Below, one piece after another: positions 21,929 to 33,331 of a DNA stretch of 38,575 nucleotides. The translations under genes were made by a program, and so were the position numbers. The notes beneath the pieces are model-generated. The model was not told the DNA's origin. It did no database searches and was given only the letters and a program-made list of their open reading frames with translations. The stretch comes from Macrostomum lignano (taxonomy: Eukaryota): assembly GCA_002269645.1 (NCBI GenBank), contig NIVC01002981.1, positions 1 through 38,575 on the forward strand, in the 5' to 3' direction. The stretch's first letter is position 1, and each line of letters opens with the position of its first letter.

Positions 21929-22153
21929 TGTAGCGAGCAACTCTAGCTGGTTGTTGCGAGTGTTAGTTAGCCACTCAAAAAGGTGGAGAAATAGAATGTG
22001 CCTGTGCCTGTATATTTATTGTCTGGTAGAACACAGATTTCCGGTTCATTGAGTGCGCGTTGGGATGTGCTCGAGCAGAGCGAAGTGGATAGGCTGGATG
22101 GCGGTCACGGAGTGCAAACTAGGTGCCCGAACTGCCTGCCTGCGCATGCTACA
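21929..22153 (-). mobile_element. 3' LTR (225 bp) of the gypsy element
   Basis: Termini TGTAGC...GCTACA. Polypurine tract (AAACGAGGGA on the minus strand) abuts 22153. AATAAA on the minus strand at about 22015-22020. Confidence 0.75.
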
Positions 22154-24708
22154 TCCCTCGTTTGGTGGATTGGAACCCGGGGTGGGGTTGGGTACAACGT
22201 TGGGTTCAAGTTACGCGCGATCGAGTAATCAGTGTCAGTCATTAGAGTCAATGATCAGTCCTTGCTGCTGTTCCGCCAGCTGTCAGATGTCCAGAGCCTT
22301 TCGCCGGTCGCCCTCTTCGTAGCGTTTCGGCGTCTCCTTGGCCTGTCGGGGGTGCGGCCTGTTGGCGAGAGGGACGTCCTGGTTGCCGGTTGGCTCGGGC
22401 GGGCCGGTTAATTGGTTCATCCGGCCGGCTGTCCTGTCCACTGTCGCGTTCTCCGGGGTCACCCGGCCACTCGTCGGCTGCCTGGGAGACTCGCTTGACG
22501 TGGGTGGCGTGCCTGGAGCACCTCTGGCATGCACGTTGAAGCTGCAGGGTGTTGCCGCGGACTTCTGTCACGGTCCATGGCGAGGCCTCGAAGAAGGGGT
22601 CGGTCTTGCTGCGGTTGGTGAGCCGGCGGAGTACGAGGTCGCCTACGGTGATCTGGTGGTCGGTGGCGCCCCTCTTGCTGTCGGCGAAGGCCTTCATCCG
22701 CTCCTTCGCCCTGTAGTCGTGGCCGCGGACGGTCTGTCGCCTGGCGTCAACCGGCCGGGAGTGGCGCAAGCTGGGGATCGTGTCGTTGAGCTGTCGGCCG
22801 AATAGCAGGTCGGCTGGGGCCATGCCGGTTGCTGCGTGCGGTGTTCGCCGGTAAGCAGTCAGGTAGTCGTCCAGTGCCGCCTGCCAGTCGCTGCCTTCCA
22901 GAATCGCCGCTCTGATTGCCTTGTTGAGGCCTCGGTTGCATCGCTGTACGAGCCGCTCGTGCTACGAGTTGTGAGAGCTCGTGCCGCAGGCCGTGCAGGC
23001 TGCGAGTTGGCTATCGAGTTGCCACCGATGGGACCGCAGCCCGGATACGGCGGCTTGGATCGCCTTGTCGCCTGCGGCGGCCACCTTGATCGTGTCGAGG
23101 CTGATGCTGTTCGGCGCTGCTGCCTGTGCTGTCATTGCGATGTAGGCCGTGTCGAGATCCTCGCCCTCGTTGTTCGGTGGTGTTGGACGTGGCTGGCGGC
23201 TCAGGACATCTGCCGGGTTATCTGCCCCCGGCTGGTAGATGACTTTGATGAAGGCCTTGGAAACGTCTACTTCGGAGAAATAGGTGGAGCCGGCCATCTC
23301 GTCGGTGACTTCTTCGAATGTCGGTATTGGCTGCTTTTCTGGAATTACGTACTTATTGACGTCCCTCAGGTCCTGCGTGATGCGGATTTCGCCTGGCGAG
23401 GCCTTTGGAACGACCACCATGCGTGAACTCCAAGCGCTGGGCCCCGTCACTCGCTCCAGGATGCCGGCTGCTAGCTGGCCCTTCAGCTCCTTTTCCACGG
23501 CGGTTCGAAGATGCACCGGAACTCGAGACGGAGGGTGGCAGACTGGCACCGCTTCTTCCTTCAGCTGGATGCTGACTGAGACGCCCTTGATGCAGCCGAT
23601 TCCTTGAAACCTGTCGCTGAACTCCTTCATGATCGATGACAGTCGCAAGTCTTGCGGAAGGTGCAGGTCCGGCAGTGAGAGCTGTCTCGGCCTGCGGTCC
23701 GACCCTCAGCATCCCCATCTGCGTGCTTGTCTCGCGGCCTAGGATGGTGATGCAGTCCTCTCTGATGACGATGAAGCGCACTGATCTGGCCAGCGGGTGT
23801 CAGGGGCCTCGCTGCTCCGAGAGGATAGACCCTCGTGTGCGTGGGATGAAGCGCCCGCTCGGGTGCTCCCGTTAGATGAAGGGTCCGCTGGCTCAGCACG
23901 TTGCAGCTCGCACCGCTGTCGATCAGGACGGGTACGTTCGCGCCGTTGATGACCGCTTTGAAGGTGGCGCTTTTGCGGCTGGGGTCGAGGCTGGAGAATA
24001 CCGCCTCCGCCAGGTGCGCCACACGACTGCTGGTTCCTATGGCTCAGGCTCTGCCATGTTTAATGCGTGCGCGGCCGCTTAGGCAGGCCTTCGCCAGGTG
24101 GTGCAGCTTGCCGCAGTTGCTGCAGCGCTTGCCTTGGGCCCGGTTGCAAGTGCGGTTGCCGGGCTCTCCGCACCGCAGGCATTTGTCGGCCGGGCTGGCT
24201 GGCGGGCGCCTGGTGGGGCGCTTGTCGCGAGCCGCATGCACTTCTTCAGCTGGTCCGGCTGCCGAGCGCTCCATGATTGCCGCTTGCTGGCTGGCTGCTT
24301 CGTTTGTTCTCGCCAGCTGGAGGGCATCGGGGAGGCTGATGTTGGGCACGTTGAGCAGCCGCTTTCGGAGGGATTCACTGCGGCAGCAGGCGACGATCTG
24401 GTCGCGGATGAGGGACTGTGGCGCAGCTCTCCGAACTGGCAGGCCTCAGCCGCGTTGCACAATCGGTTGTACCAGCTGTCGATGCCTTCGCCGTCTAGCT
24501 GCGTGCACTGGCAGAATTGGTACCGGGTGAACACCACATTGTCGCGTCCTTGAAAGTGCTGAGTTAGCGCCGCTATGAGTGAGTCAAGCGTTTGCTGCTC
24601 CGGCTGGTCAGTGGCGGGACGCGTCTGTGAGATCTCTTTAAAGATGTCTGCAACCTCTTTTCCCGCGGTATACAGGAGGATTTCCTGCTTCTGGGCGTCG
24701 TCCGAGAT
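21929..24708 (-). mobile_element. Ty3/gypsy LTR retrotransposon, 5'-truncated and internally deleted (gag, protease, partial RT, partial integrase, 3' LTR)
   Basis: Gag (QEILLYTAG, VFTRYQF, CxxC zinc knuckles including CSNCGKLHHLAKAC), protease LIDSGASCNV (DSG at 23920-23912), RT N-terminus (WSSRMVVVPK...IRITQDLRDVNK), RNase H end (YQPGADNPADVLSR) and integrase end (YRRTPHAATGMAPADLLF). Confidence 0.93.
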
Positions 24709-26069
24709 TCACAAATTGTGTTTAGTTTTGTGTACTGACGTTAAATCGATATTGTCATTATTATTAGTAATATTATCATTATTATTATATAAAATATTGA
24801 AAGTTGAATTTTGCAAGTCTCATTCGCTTCGATCTTTGGGTCATTTGGTCGTTCTAAGTAAAGCCGGCAGCCATGCAAATATTTAAAATTATCCCTTTTA
24901 ATGACGAAAAGTTTTAACAAAGTACCCGATACTATTCAATACATGTAGTTTATTTGGAAGATTTGTAAAACAGTAAAAACAAAAAGACAGTTTTTGAACA
25001 GATTCATTTTAAGGTTCTTTATTCCAATAAGCTGCCGTGGGGATAAGCTGGAAATTATCGACACGGATCCGTGTGGATAAAATTGGAATTATTGACACGG
25101 CCTATATAGACTTGAATGGTAAGTAAGTTTGGCTCAGGCAAGAAGCCTGTTTGGCCAATATATTTTAGTGTATTTAAGAATAATTCAAGAATAGAAGGCA
25201 ATATTTATGCATGAGTTATTTAAGAACGATTACGAGTTTTGCAATATAGTATTTGAAAGAGCGCGTAAATGTTATTAACGAAACTTTGAACGAGCTTTAA
25301 CGACTAACGAAGTAAGATAAGTGTAGCCGCGTAATCTTGAGTTTGAATTTCCGGGGACTTCTTTAGCCGGAGAACTCTTGATTTATTTGCGTTCCAGCTT
25401 GCTTGATTATATAGACTGACCGCGATGGGGGAGGGTGAAAAACGCAGCTTAAAAAATCCTAACCAATCGGATTTCGCCGACAGGGTAGGCACTAAGCACT
25501 CTATTGGTTGGGGCTCGTTATTCACGCGTTTACAGCCAATCAGAAACGAAAAGAAATTTCGCGAAAGGCTATACGCAGTTGGGTGGGGTGACGCAGAAAG
25601 AAATACGGAGAAAACAACCGAAAACACTAGAAGTGCACGCGCACGCAATTTGAGCACTATTACATAAGTAAGGAATTAAAAAAGACAAGTATTGCGTGAA
25701 ATTTATGTAAATATTTGGCGATTATTGTAAAAAATATGTTATATGAAAGCCTGAAAAAATCCATATCTACATTTTAGTATACAAATCCATTCTGTATCCA
25801 CATCCGTTTCCGCAACAATTTAGTTTGTACCGCCTATAATGATTCATTTTAGCTAAAATAAGTTTATATAGGATACAGGAAAGTAGTGTTTACAAATGTG
25901 CTTACTAAAAGTAGTTAAGAGTTTGCTTGTCAGCCTATAAAAATTGAGTTGCTGACCATTTCTGATGATAAAATTTAAGTCAATGAGTTTTTATATGAGC
26001 ATAGCAATTACTGTATAAACCATTGATATGGATCGGTGGATACTATTAAATGTTTATGTTTTTAAGTGG

Positions 26070-27137
26070 CTTAGCTATACATTTCACATAGAAGATCCTC
26101 CTCTATGTTCACAGCATTGTCCTCCAAATTACCACTCAAAATTGTTGAAGCTTTAGCAGCTGCGGCACTAGGGCTTAGTCTAGTGTCTAGGCAGCAACCT
26201 TTCACTCTGCTTTCTCACTCGAGTGCCTATGTGCCTTAGATGTTCGGCAACTGCGGCTTCAGTTATTAGTTTTGTGTAGTCATAGAAGATGCCAGAAGCT
26301 GCAGCTAAAACACAGTGATTTTGAACTATTTTTAAGCAATACCTTTGAAAGATTAACTGTGAAAGGCTAATCATATTTAACTTAGTTCTGTCAATTTGAT
26401 TTAAGTCAGAGTTAGGTCTATCCTACCATTAGGCCTATCAAAAATGACCAACAATTTTTTTTCCAAATAGGACATTTTAAAATGATTAGACTATTCTTAA
26501 TTCTATTAGATAAAATGGAGCTAGGATGATACCTAAAGCACTTAAACTAGATTTTATGAGAATATTCTTAATGACAAAAGACCTAAGCCTAACACTCGGC
26601 TCATCACTCAACTTGATAATGTGAATCTAGCACTAGATAAGCAGCCTGATACTCAGCTCATTGCTCAACTTAATGATGCAAATCAGCTGATAGCATTTTT
26701 GCTTCTGCTAGCTGAGCACATGGAGATTAGATTTGGTGACATTATTAGATTCACAAATGATGCTAGGCTGCTTTCGCTAGCAGAATATATTGAGACAACT
26801 TGGCTAACACATTATGTGTGGACTAGGCCTAAGACAAATGTTAGCATTTTTTGATAGAAAGTGCATATAAATAATAAAGTAGAAGACTGGCATTTTGTTA
26901 GCTAAAGAACAGAACAGGCTATGCAAAGCTTCTATTGTATATGCTACTCCAGCTACTATATAAGGAGACCAATGTTGCTGCTTTGCAGGCAGAACTGGTA
27001 CTACAGGGCTTCAAAAGTTGAGACCATCATGCTAAATACATTGAACTAAATATGTGACTCAGAGTGAGCTATGGACATTGTACACAGCTAGGCAGCTGAG
27101 TATCCGCAGATTCCTACGTGCTTGCAGTCAGCTTTAG
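26070..27137 (+). pseudogene. Fossil Mutator-like (MULE) transposase
   Basis: *LYISH (QLYTIH-like) at 26072, SDFE at 26314-26325, and AEYIETTW followed in frame by HINNKVEDWH (RTNNxVEGWH-like, 26864-26893). C-terminal LWTLY...FLRACSQL*. The in-frame stops at 26072, 26852 and 26855 are TAG/TGA. Confidence 0.75.
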
Positions 27138-30100
27138 TCTAAAGAATTGCATTAAGGATTGCAAGCTTTTGCTTAAAGTTTTTAATTTATAGCATTTTTA
27201 TCTACTGAAATTGAAATATGAAATTTGCTTTTAACTTTAAACTAATTTTTTTGCATCATCACTCCTAGCCTTATAAAAAATATCAGCTAGTGTAGTTTAT
27301 TTTTATCCTTGTGTTTTACTTAATTGGCCAATTTTTAATACTTATATCAATGAATGAAATATAAGTTTAAACTTGCATTCTTTGCTATTGTTCTTTTTGC
27401 ATAAATTTGTTTTGATATTTGTCACCTCTCTACTGTTCTATTATATATTTGTCTCAATAGTCAGCAATCAGCATTAATTGACATGCTTGTTACAAGTTAT
27501 AAAAATTATGGGTGCATACAAGGGATTTTTGCCTAAAAGTAAGAAAATCCTAGATTAATACACCATTGCCTTTGGTCAAAGTTGTCATATTTAAATGTTT
27601 ATGTCTTCCAGATTTGTTTAAGTTGTCATCATCATATGACAACTTTGAATATGATAATTTTGGCTACACTTAGTCAAGTTGTTAGGCCTATCAACATATG
27701 ACAATTTTGAAGGTGACAATTTCAATTATATGCAGATATTAACTAAACTAGCTCTGCACTCCTAATTAAGATTTTAAGGGCCAAATATTTTTTGGTAAGA
27801 GTGTTATTCTTATCATTTTTAGACAGCAACCTAAGCTTAGATGATAGGCCCTAAGGAAGCCAAAGTTTAGCATGCAAACTCAATTTATCCTTGGTAGGAG
27901 CACTTTTGACTTTTTGTTCCTTGCTCTTAAATCTATAGCATATGACCTAGTAGTTTAAGCTATTTTAAATATATCTAATATAAAATATATATAAAAAATA
28001 TATAATATAAAATAAATATTAAACTATCTGAAAATATATTCTACCTTAGCATTACCATGTAGAAAGACAAGTAGTGCTCTAATTAGATGGTTAAATAATA
28101 GTCATTTGCCAGTCTTGCCTATAGCACTCTAGATCCAAGCAACTATTAAATTGTCATTAAGCTATGCCTTGTCCAACTTAAGTTGCTAAAGTTGTACCTC
28201 ACCTTCTAGGTTGGCAATATTAGCCTTTAGAATCATGGCAAAGAGCTTATAAGCAAAAAAACCAAGCCTAAATAGCATATGAATCCTTTTGCTTCAAAGC
28301 ATCTAAAACTTGATAGGTGCAAGGAAATCTGTTGCCAAAACTATATATTTTTATGCGAATTAATAGTCCCAACCAAAAAGAATTCCCCATACATAGTAGA
28401 CAGATAGAAAATTCATTTTGCTTATTTACTAATGTCCTTATATTATAGTAACAGTTGAATTTTAGTGTCATTATTATTTACAAATAAAAACATTTTAATT
28501 GACAATTTGGCTTAATAAAACAAAGAAGCCAATTGCTTTATAACATTGAAAATCAATTGTAATGTATATAGTCTATGCACATGGTAGCTTTCTTATTAGA
28601 ACAGAAGCTAAAATTGCTCCAGTGGCTTCAAAATATTGACCAAAAAGCATACTAGCATAGTCTTCTAGTCTAGCTTTTTCTTATGTGGTAGAAACAAACT
28701 GATTTGGGACATGCTCAATAATAAATACTGTTGTTTACAGCAAACAAATATTTACAACTTGTAAAAAGGCAAGCGTTTTTAAAATTCAAAACATTCATGA
28801 AAAAAATGGTCCTCTTCATTAATAGAAAACTTAAAGCAGAGGTTAGTAAACTCTGGCCTATAGGCTATATATGGCCCACAAAGCCTTTCTATCTAGCCTT
28901 TGGGTCTTTAGGCACTTTAGAATAACAATCTAATCTATCCAAGGCTTGTCTCTTTTTAGTTTTCTCTATTTTCTTCTTTCTCTTCCTTTCCTCTCCTATC
29001 TTTTCTTTTCCCTTCTCATCTCTTTTCTTTTCTTATCTCCTTTATTCCTCTCTTATTTCTTCTACTTTCTTCTTTCAAATCTTCTCTCTTTCTCTCTCTC
29101 TCTCTGCCATTTTCATCTGGCTTATGGTCATGAGCTAGATTCTTTATTTGGTCTTTCAGGTATAAAAGTTTGCTGGCCCCTGACTTAAAGTGACAATAAA
29201 TGTTGTGGATAAATATCTCAATGAACTTTGTAAGGCAAATGTATCATAGACATATTGTACCATATTATAGATATGATACAGCAAATAGCCATGTTGACAA
29301 GTCCTATAAAGCCAAGGTTTTCCTTCAAGATTCACTCAACAACTCCACTCTTAGAATGTTGTATTATATTGCAATTGTCTATCATTATAGATAATCTATT
29401 CAATTGGAATTTCATTGTCATTTTAAAAATTGTTTTATCTAGATTTGTAGCCATAGTTGATATCAAACTTGCAACATAATGCAAAAAGCCAGTAATACTG
29501 AATAAGTCTTGCAACAAAAAAGTGCACTATAATGCCAAGGTACTTGGCTTTTTTGTTAAACTCATCTATGTGCAAGGAGTACCACTGAAATTTTCATATA
29601 TTGGCAAGGATAAGATTGCAAAGGTATAAGTAGAGCCTCAGTTAGCAGCTATGTTACCTTTGGTTGCACAAATCTATATCTTGGCAAGTATTCACAAGTT
29701 GCTACAGATGGTTTTGAGGTCCTCAACAAGATCATCCTCCAAGTAAATGCTTCACTTTTTTAGTTATAATCTCATGCCATAGACATTACTGAAGCCAATA
29801 AAAAAATTGTTATGCTCAAGGTTATTAATGTTACTTTGGTTAGGAAAGAGGCTACTTAGAACATAAATAGCTTTGAATATTTGTAAAACCACCCTGCTCC
29901 AAATGCTAAATTCTTTTTTATTTTGCACTAGCTGCACTTTAATTTGAATTTGCCACTTTAGTATGTCTAGAGGTCATTTTATTGCCATTCTTATCTATCT
30001 CTTTGAGCCACTCTAAATTCCATTTTATATTCTTAGACTTGGCCATTTTAGGCAACTGGCTAAAAATTATGACATGTCACATGATGATAATCAGGGCTAA

Positions 30101-30266
30101 AAGTATCATTCAGATTTATTGACTGAATCTTTATAAAATATCAATAAACAAACATATCAACTGAAGAGCAAAACATGTAGAATAATGCAATATCTAAACT
30201 TATATATGTCAATTCTATCCCATTGAATTTATTTACTAATGATCAATCATTAGATTTAGATATAAG
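27121..30266. other. CpG desert; milder depletion extends to about 25900 and about 31300
   Basis: A hand count found only two CG dinucleotides (28356, 28774) in about 3.1 kb. Confidence 0.9.
28837..29182. mobile_element. hAT (Charlie-type) MITE, 346 bp, with an internal CT-rich tract, heavily C-to-T/G-to-A mutated
   Basis: 8-bp TSD ACTTAAAG at 28829-28836 and 29183-29190. Ends CAGAGGTTAGTAAACT and AGTTTGCTGGCCCCTG resemble the CAGGGGTCGGCAAACT-type TIR. Confidence 0.85.
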
Positions 30267-30547
30267 CATACATGCGCAACCTCCGAAATTCGGTCAGCCA
30301 TGCAACTTAGTTTTAACAAAAATGCGACGTAGTTTTTGGCCAAAAATGTGACTTACATGTAAAAAAAACCCTAAAGCAAAATTAACGCAACTTTGGGTAA
30401 ACGGCAGGAGTAACTATGACTGTCCTATTAAGCCAAAATGCCTCGTCAGCTACTTAGTACTACTACTTGGTTATTTTTTCGGGTGGGCATTTTTGCGACT
30501 TCCTTGGTTGGCTGCCAAATCGGTCGGCCGACTGTTGCGCATGTATG
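30267..30547. mobile_element. 281-bp MITE (hAT- or P-like) with 14-bp TIRs and an 8-bp TSD, containing a 28S rRNA-like segment
   Basis: TIRs CATACATGCGCAAC (30267-30280) and GTTGCGCATGTATG (30534-30547). TSD GATATAAG at 30259-30266 and 30548-30555. Confidence 0.92.
30395..30458 (+). other. Fragment of large-subunit (28S) rRNA, helices 69-71 region; not a functional rRNA gene
   Basis: GGGTAAACGGCAGGAGTAACTATGACT...AGCCAAAATGCCTCGTCAGCTACTTAGT compared with the conserved eukaryotic GGGTAAACGGCGGGAGTAACTATGACTCTCTTAAGGTAGCCAAATGCCTCGTCATCTAATTAGT. 26 of the first 27 nt match. Confidence 0.85.
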
Positions 30548-31416
30548 GATATAAGATTAGAAATGTCTAAAATAAAGGGAAGCTTGAATTAAAAATCTAT
30601 GCAATCAAAAGAACAAATGCTAAAATGCAAAAAAGCTTTTGATTTTTGGCTTGAATTTTTAAGTTAAAAAAATTGTGAAGTCCCAGAAATTGGACTTTTA
30701 GATTACCTTAGGTCATTTTTGCCCAAATTCATGCCATTGTGGAAGCATTGTCTATTAAAATTTTAAGTATCTTATAGTTGTTTGTCTATTTCATATTTGT
30801 TGTACTTTAGCTACACTTTTGACTACTATAACAGCTATAATCAAAATCAATATTAAAAGTGATGTCACCATGCTTCATTCGAAATAGCTATGCCAAAATC
30901 TTTTCATAGCAGTCTTTGGTTTAGTGCAGTGTTAAGAATAGACCTAAGGAAATGTTGGACTGCAGGCCTTGGAGGTCGGCACTCCAGCACTATGCACCAT
31001 CCTGACAATTGTTTTCTATGCTGATGTGACTTAAATTTAATCTTGCGGCTAAATTTTTTTTAATATAGACTCCTGAAGCAGTCTGAAGTTAATAAAACAA
31101 GATAGAAGATGCTAATTTAATTTTTTTAATATTAAGGAAAAATGCAAACTTTGCTACTGAAAAATGAGTAGAATGAGTGCATTTTTTGTAAGTGAAATAT
31201 TTTAATGTGGATTATGAGCATGTCATAGAATCCTGATTCACATCCTGAGATCCCAACAATAACTAGAATCCCAATTCTGCCCAATGTTATAAATTTTGTT
31301 TAACTAGGCACGATTAGCTCCCTGGCTGCTAGGATCTCATTCAAATCCATCTTCAGTCTGAGCAGCCCGCACCTGCCAATCAACTGCAGGCTCCAGCATC
31401 AGGCCAGCCAGCCAGC

Positions 31417-31707
31417 ATGCAGCTCAAGCTGGCGCGGGCCCTGTTCACCGCCCGCATAGTCTGGCGCAACTTCAGCCGCGGCCTCCCAATCCGGGTGATG
31501 CTGCTGCAGGTGCTCGTGACCTTCTGCGTCCTGCTACCGCTGCTGTGCGCCGGGCTGCCCCACTCCGCCTATTACTGGCCCGGCGACCTGCGCAAGACCA
31601 ACTTCCACCTGCGCAACGAGGACGAGAGACGCGTCGCCCAGGGCAACAGCTATATTGCCGCGCTGAAGGGCCAGCGCTGGGCCTACCTGCCGGATGAGGG
31701 AGCCAAG
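31417..31707 (+). CDS. PGAP4: PGAP4/TMEM246 homologue (GPI side-chain GalNAc transferase), exon 1
   Basis: MLLQVLVTFCVLLPLLCAGLPHSAYY resembles the PGAP4 N-terminal TM segment (QLFILTVVTFGLLAPLACHRLLHSYFY). Donor AAG|GTGCGC, phase 0. Confidence 0.8.
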
Positions 31708-32475
31708 GTGCGCCGGCCTGAACGAATGACGAATGAGGTTTTAAGGATATACTAGCAATCAGCGTCCACCGTTGGGGAGCCAACAAAGAATGAAATAAAA
31801 AATTGGATAAACTACATGTAGCTTCTGACCTCTAAGCCGTGAAATCTCAGCAATTCCCCCCTTCCGTAAGCCCTGACGTCTCAGCACCCCTCCTCCCGTA
31901 AGCCTTGAAATCTGCATTTGCATTCGGCATTCAGACAGCCTTTTTTGATATGGCTAAAACGGCCCTTTTTAGGCTCATATACCTTTATGATGTTTTTTGG
32001 TTTTATCCCACATAAGTAGAATTTCAGGAATTTCAGAATTTCAGGAAACATCGATGTTAGAAACGGCCATTCCCTACTGGGAATTTTTGGTTATCAGTTA
32101 CCACCTAGGTATGGCTTGGAAGTTAAGGTGTTGTTGCACTCTCTAGGAAATCTTTTTTTCAATTCGATTGGCTTTTTTAAATTCAACAGATCAAAGAATC
32201 TGTGATTCGGAAGATTTTTCGAGGAAATTTAATCGAAATTGTAAGGATTAAAAAACTTGCGTCTGGCTCTGACATTCAAACAGATTTTTGCTAACACTGA
32301 AACGGCCCTTTTTAGGGCTCAAAAATATTATTTCTATTTTATCCCAAAAGTGAGACTGTTAATGTTTGCGGATTTCAATTTTAAGCGAAGCATCATTTTG
32401 GGATCTTTTGTTCTAATGTTTTTAACAGGTCTCATGGCCGCTATGTTACTGCGGTTAAATTTATCCCATTCGCAG

Positions 32476-32694
32476 GGCCCGCGACTCGCCGTGGCCGTGC
32501 TGGCCGTGGACCGCAATAACCGGCGCATTGATGCCTACCAGCCACACTACCTGACGCAGACTCTGCACTCCCTGTTGGCCTCCGCTGACCGGGACAAACG
32601 GCTCTACGGCGGCCGCTTCCGCTCCCTGCAGGTGGCCGTCTGCAATGCCGAACAGCAGCCGCACCGGTTCGCCGAGGCCAAGCGCTGGGAGCAG
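32476..32694 (+). CDS. PGAP4: PGAP4 homologue, exon 2
   Basis: Acceptor CCATTCGCAG. Encodes GPRLAVAVLAVDR...HYLTQTLHSL...VCNAE, compared with PGAP4 PWLVITIITVDR...HYVLQVV...LCNVE. Donor CAG|GTCTGT, phase 0. Confidence 0.8.
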
Positions 32695-33310
32695 GTCTGT
32701 CTGTAGCTGGAGTGTATCTGTCTGTAGCTGGATTGTCTGTAGCTGGAGTGTCTGTCTGTAGCTGGAGTGTCTGTCTGTAGCTGGAGTGTCTGTAGCTGGA
32801 TTGTCTGTAGCTGGATTGTCTTTAGCTGGAGTGTCTGTCTGTAGCTGGATTGTCTGTAGCTGGAGTGTCTATCTGTAGCTGGATTGTCTGTAGCTGGAGT
32901 GTCTGTCTGTAGCTGGATTGTCTGTAGCTGGAGTGTCTGTAGCTGGATTGTCTGTAGCTGGAGTGTCTGTAGCTGGATTGGCTCTCTGTAGCTAGAGTGT
33001 CTGTCTGTAGCTGGATTGGCTCTCTGTAGCTAGTGTCTGTCTATAGCTGGAGTGTCTGTCTGTAGCCGGAGTGTCTGCCTGTTGCTGGAGTGTCTGTCTG
33101 TAGCTGGAGTGTCTGCCTGTTGCTGGAGTGTCTGTCTGTTGCTAGAGTAGCTTCAGGGTCTGTAGATTGGGTGCCTGTAGCTGTGATCTTTGTAGCACAG
33201 ATATCTGTAATGTAGCTGGAGTGCCTGTAGGTAAGTATTTAGCTGTCTGTTGGTCAGTCTGTAGCTGTCTGTTGGTCAGTCTGTAGCTGTCTGTTGGCAG
33301 TCTGTAGCTG
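32695..33310. repeat. Degenerate tandem repeat (GTCT)nGTAGCTGGA(G/T)T filling PGAP4 intron 2
   Basis: 15-19 bp variable units run from the donor GT to about 20 nt before the acceptor. Confidence 0.92.
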
Positions 33311-33331
33311 AGCACCCCCTCGCATCTCCAG

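Noticed and set aside
25300-25680. CCAAT-rich, CpG-containing segment as a promoter of a new gene (ORFs 25304-25657 and 25425-25667)
   Set aside because: No supportable downstream CDS except the fossil transposase, and the ORFs lack motifs.
27555-27735. Clustered AAGTTGTCAT/ATGACAA(C/T)T motifs as the right TIR of the MULE
   Set aside because: Plausible transposon subterminus, but I could not find a matching left TIR or a 9-bp TSD.
30395-30458. A functional rRNA gene
   Set aside because: Only about 64-80 nt match, and the match is diverged and enclosed in a MITE.
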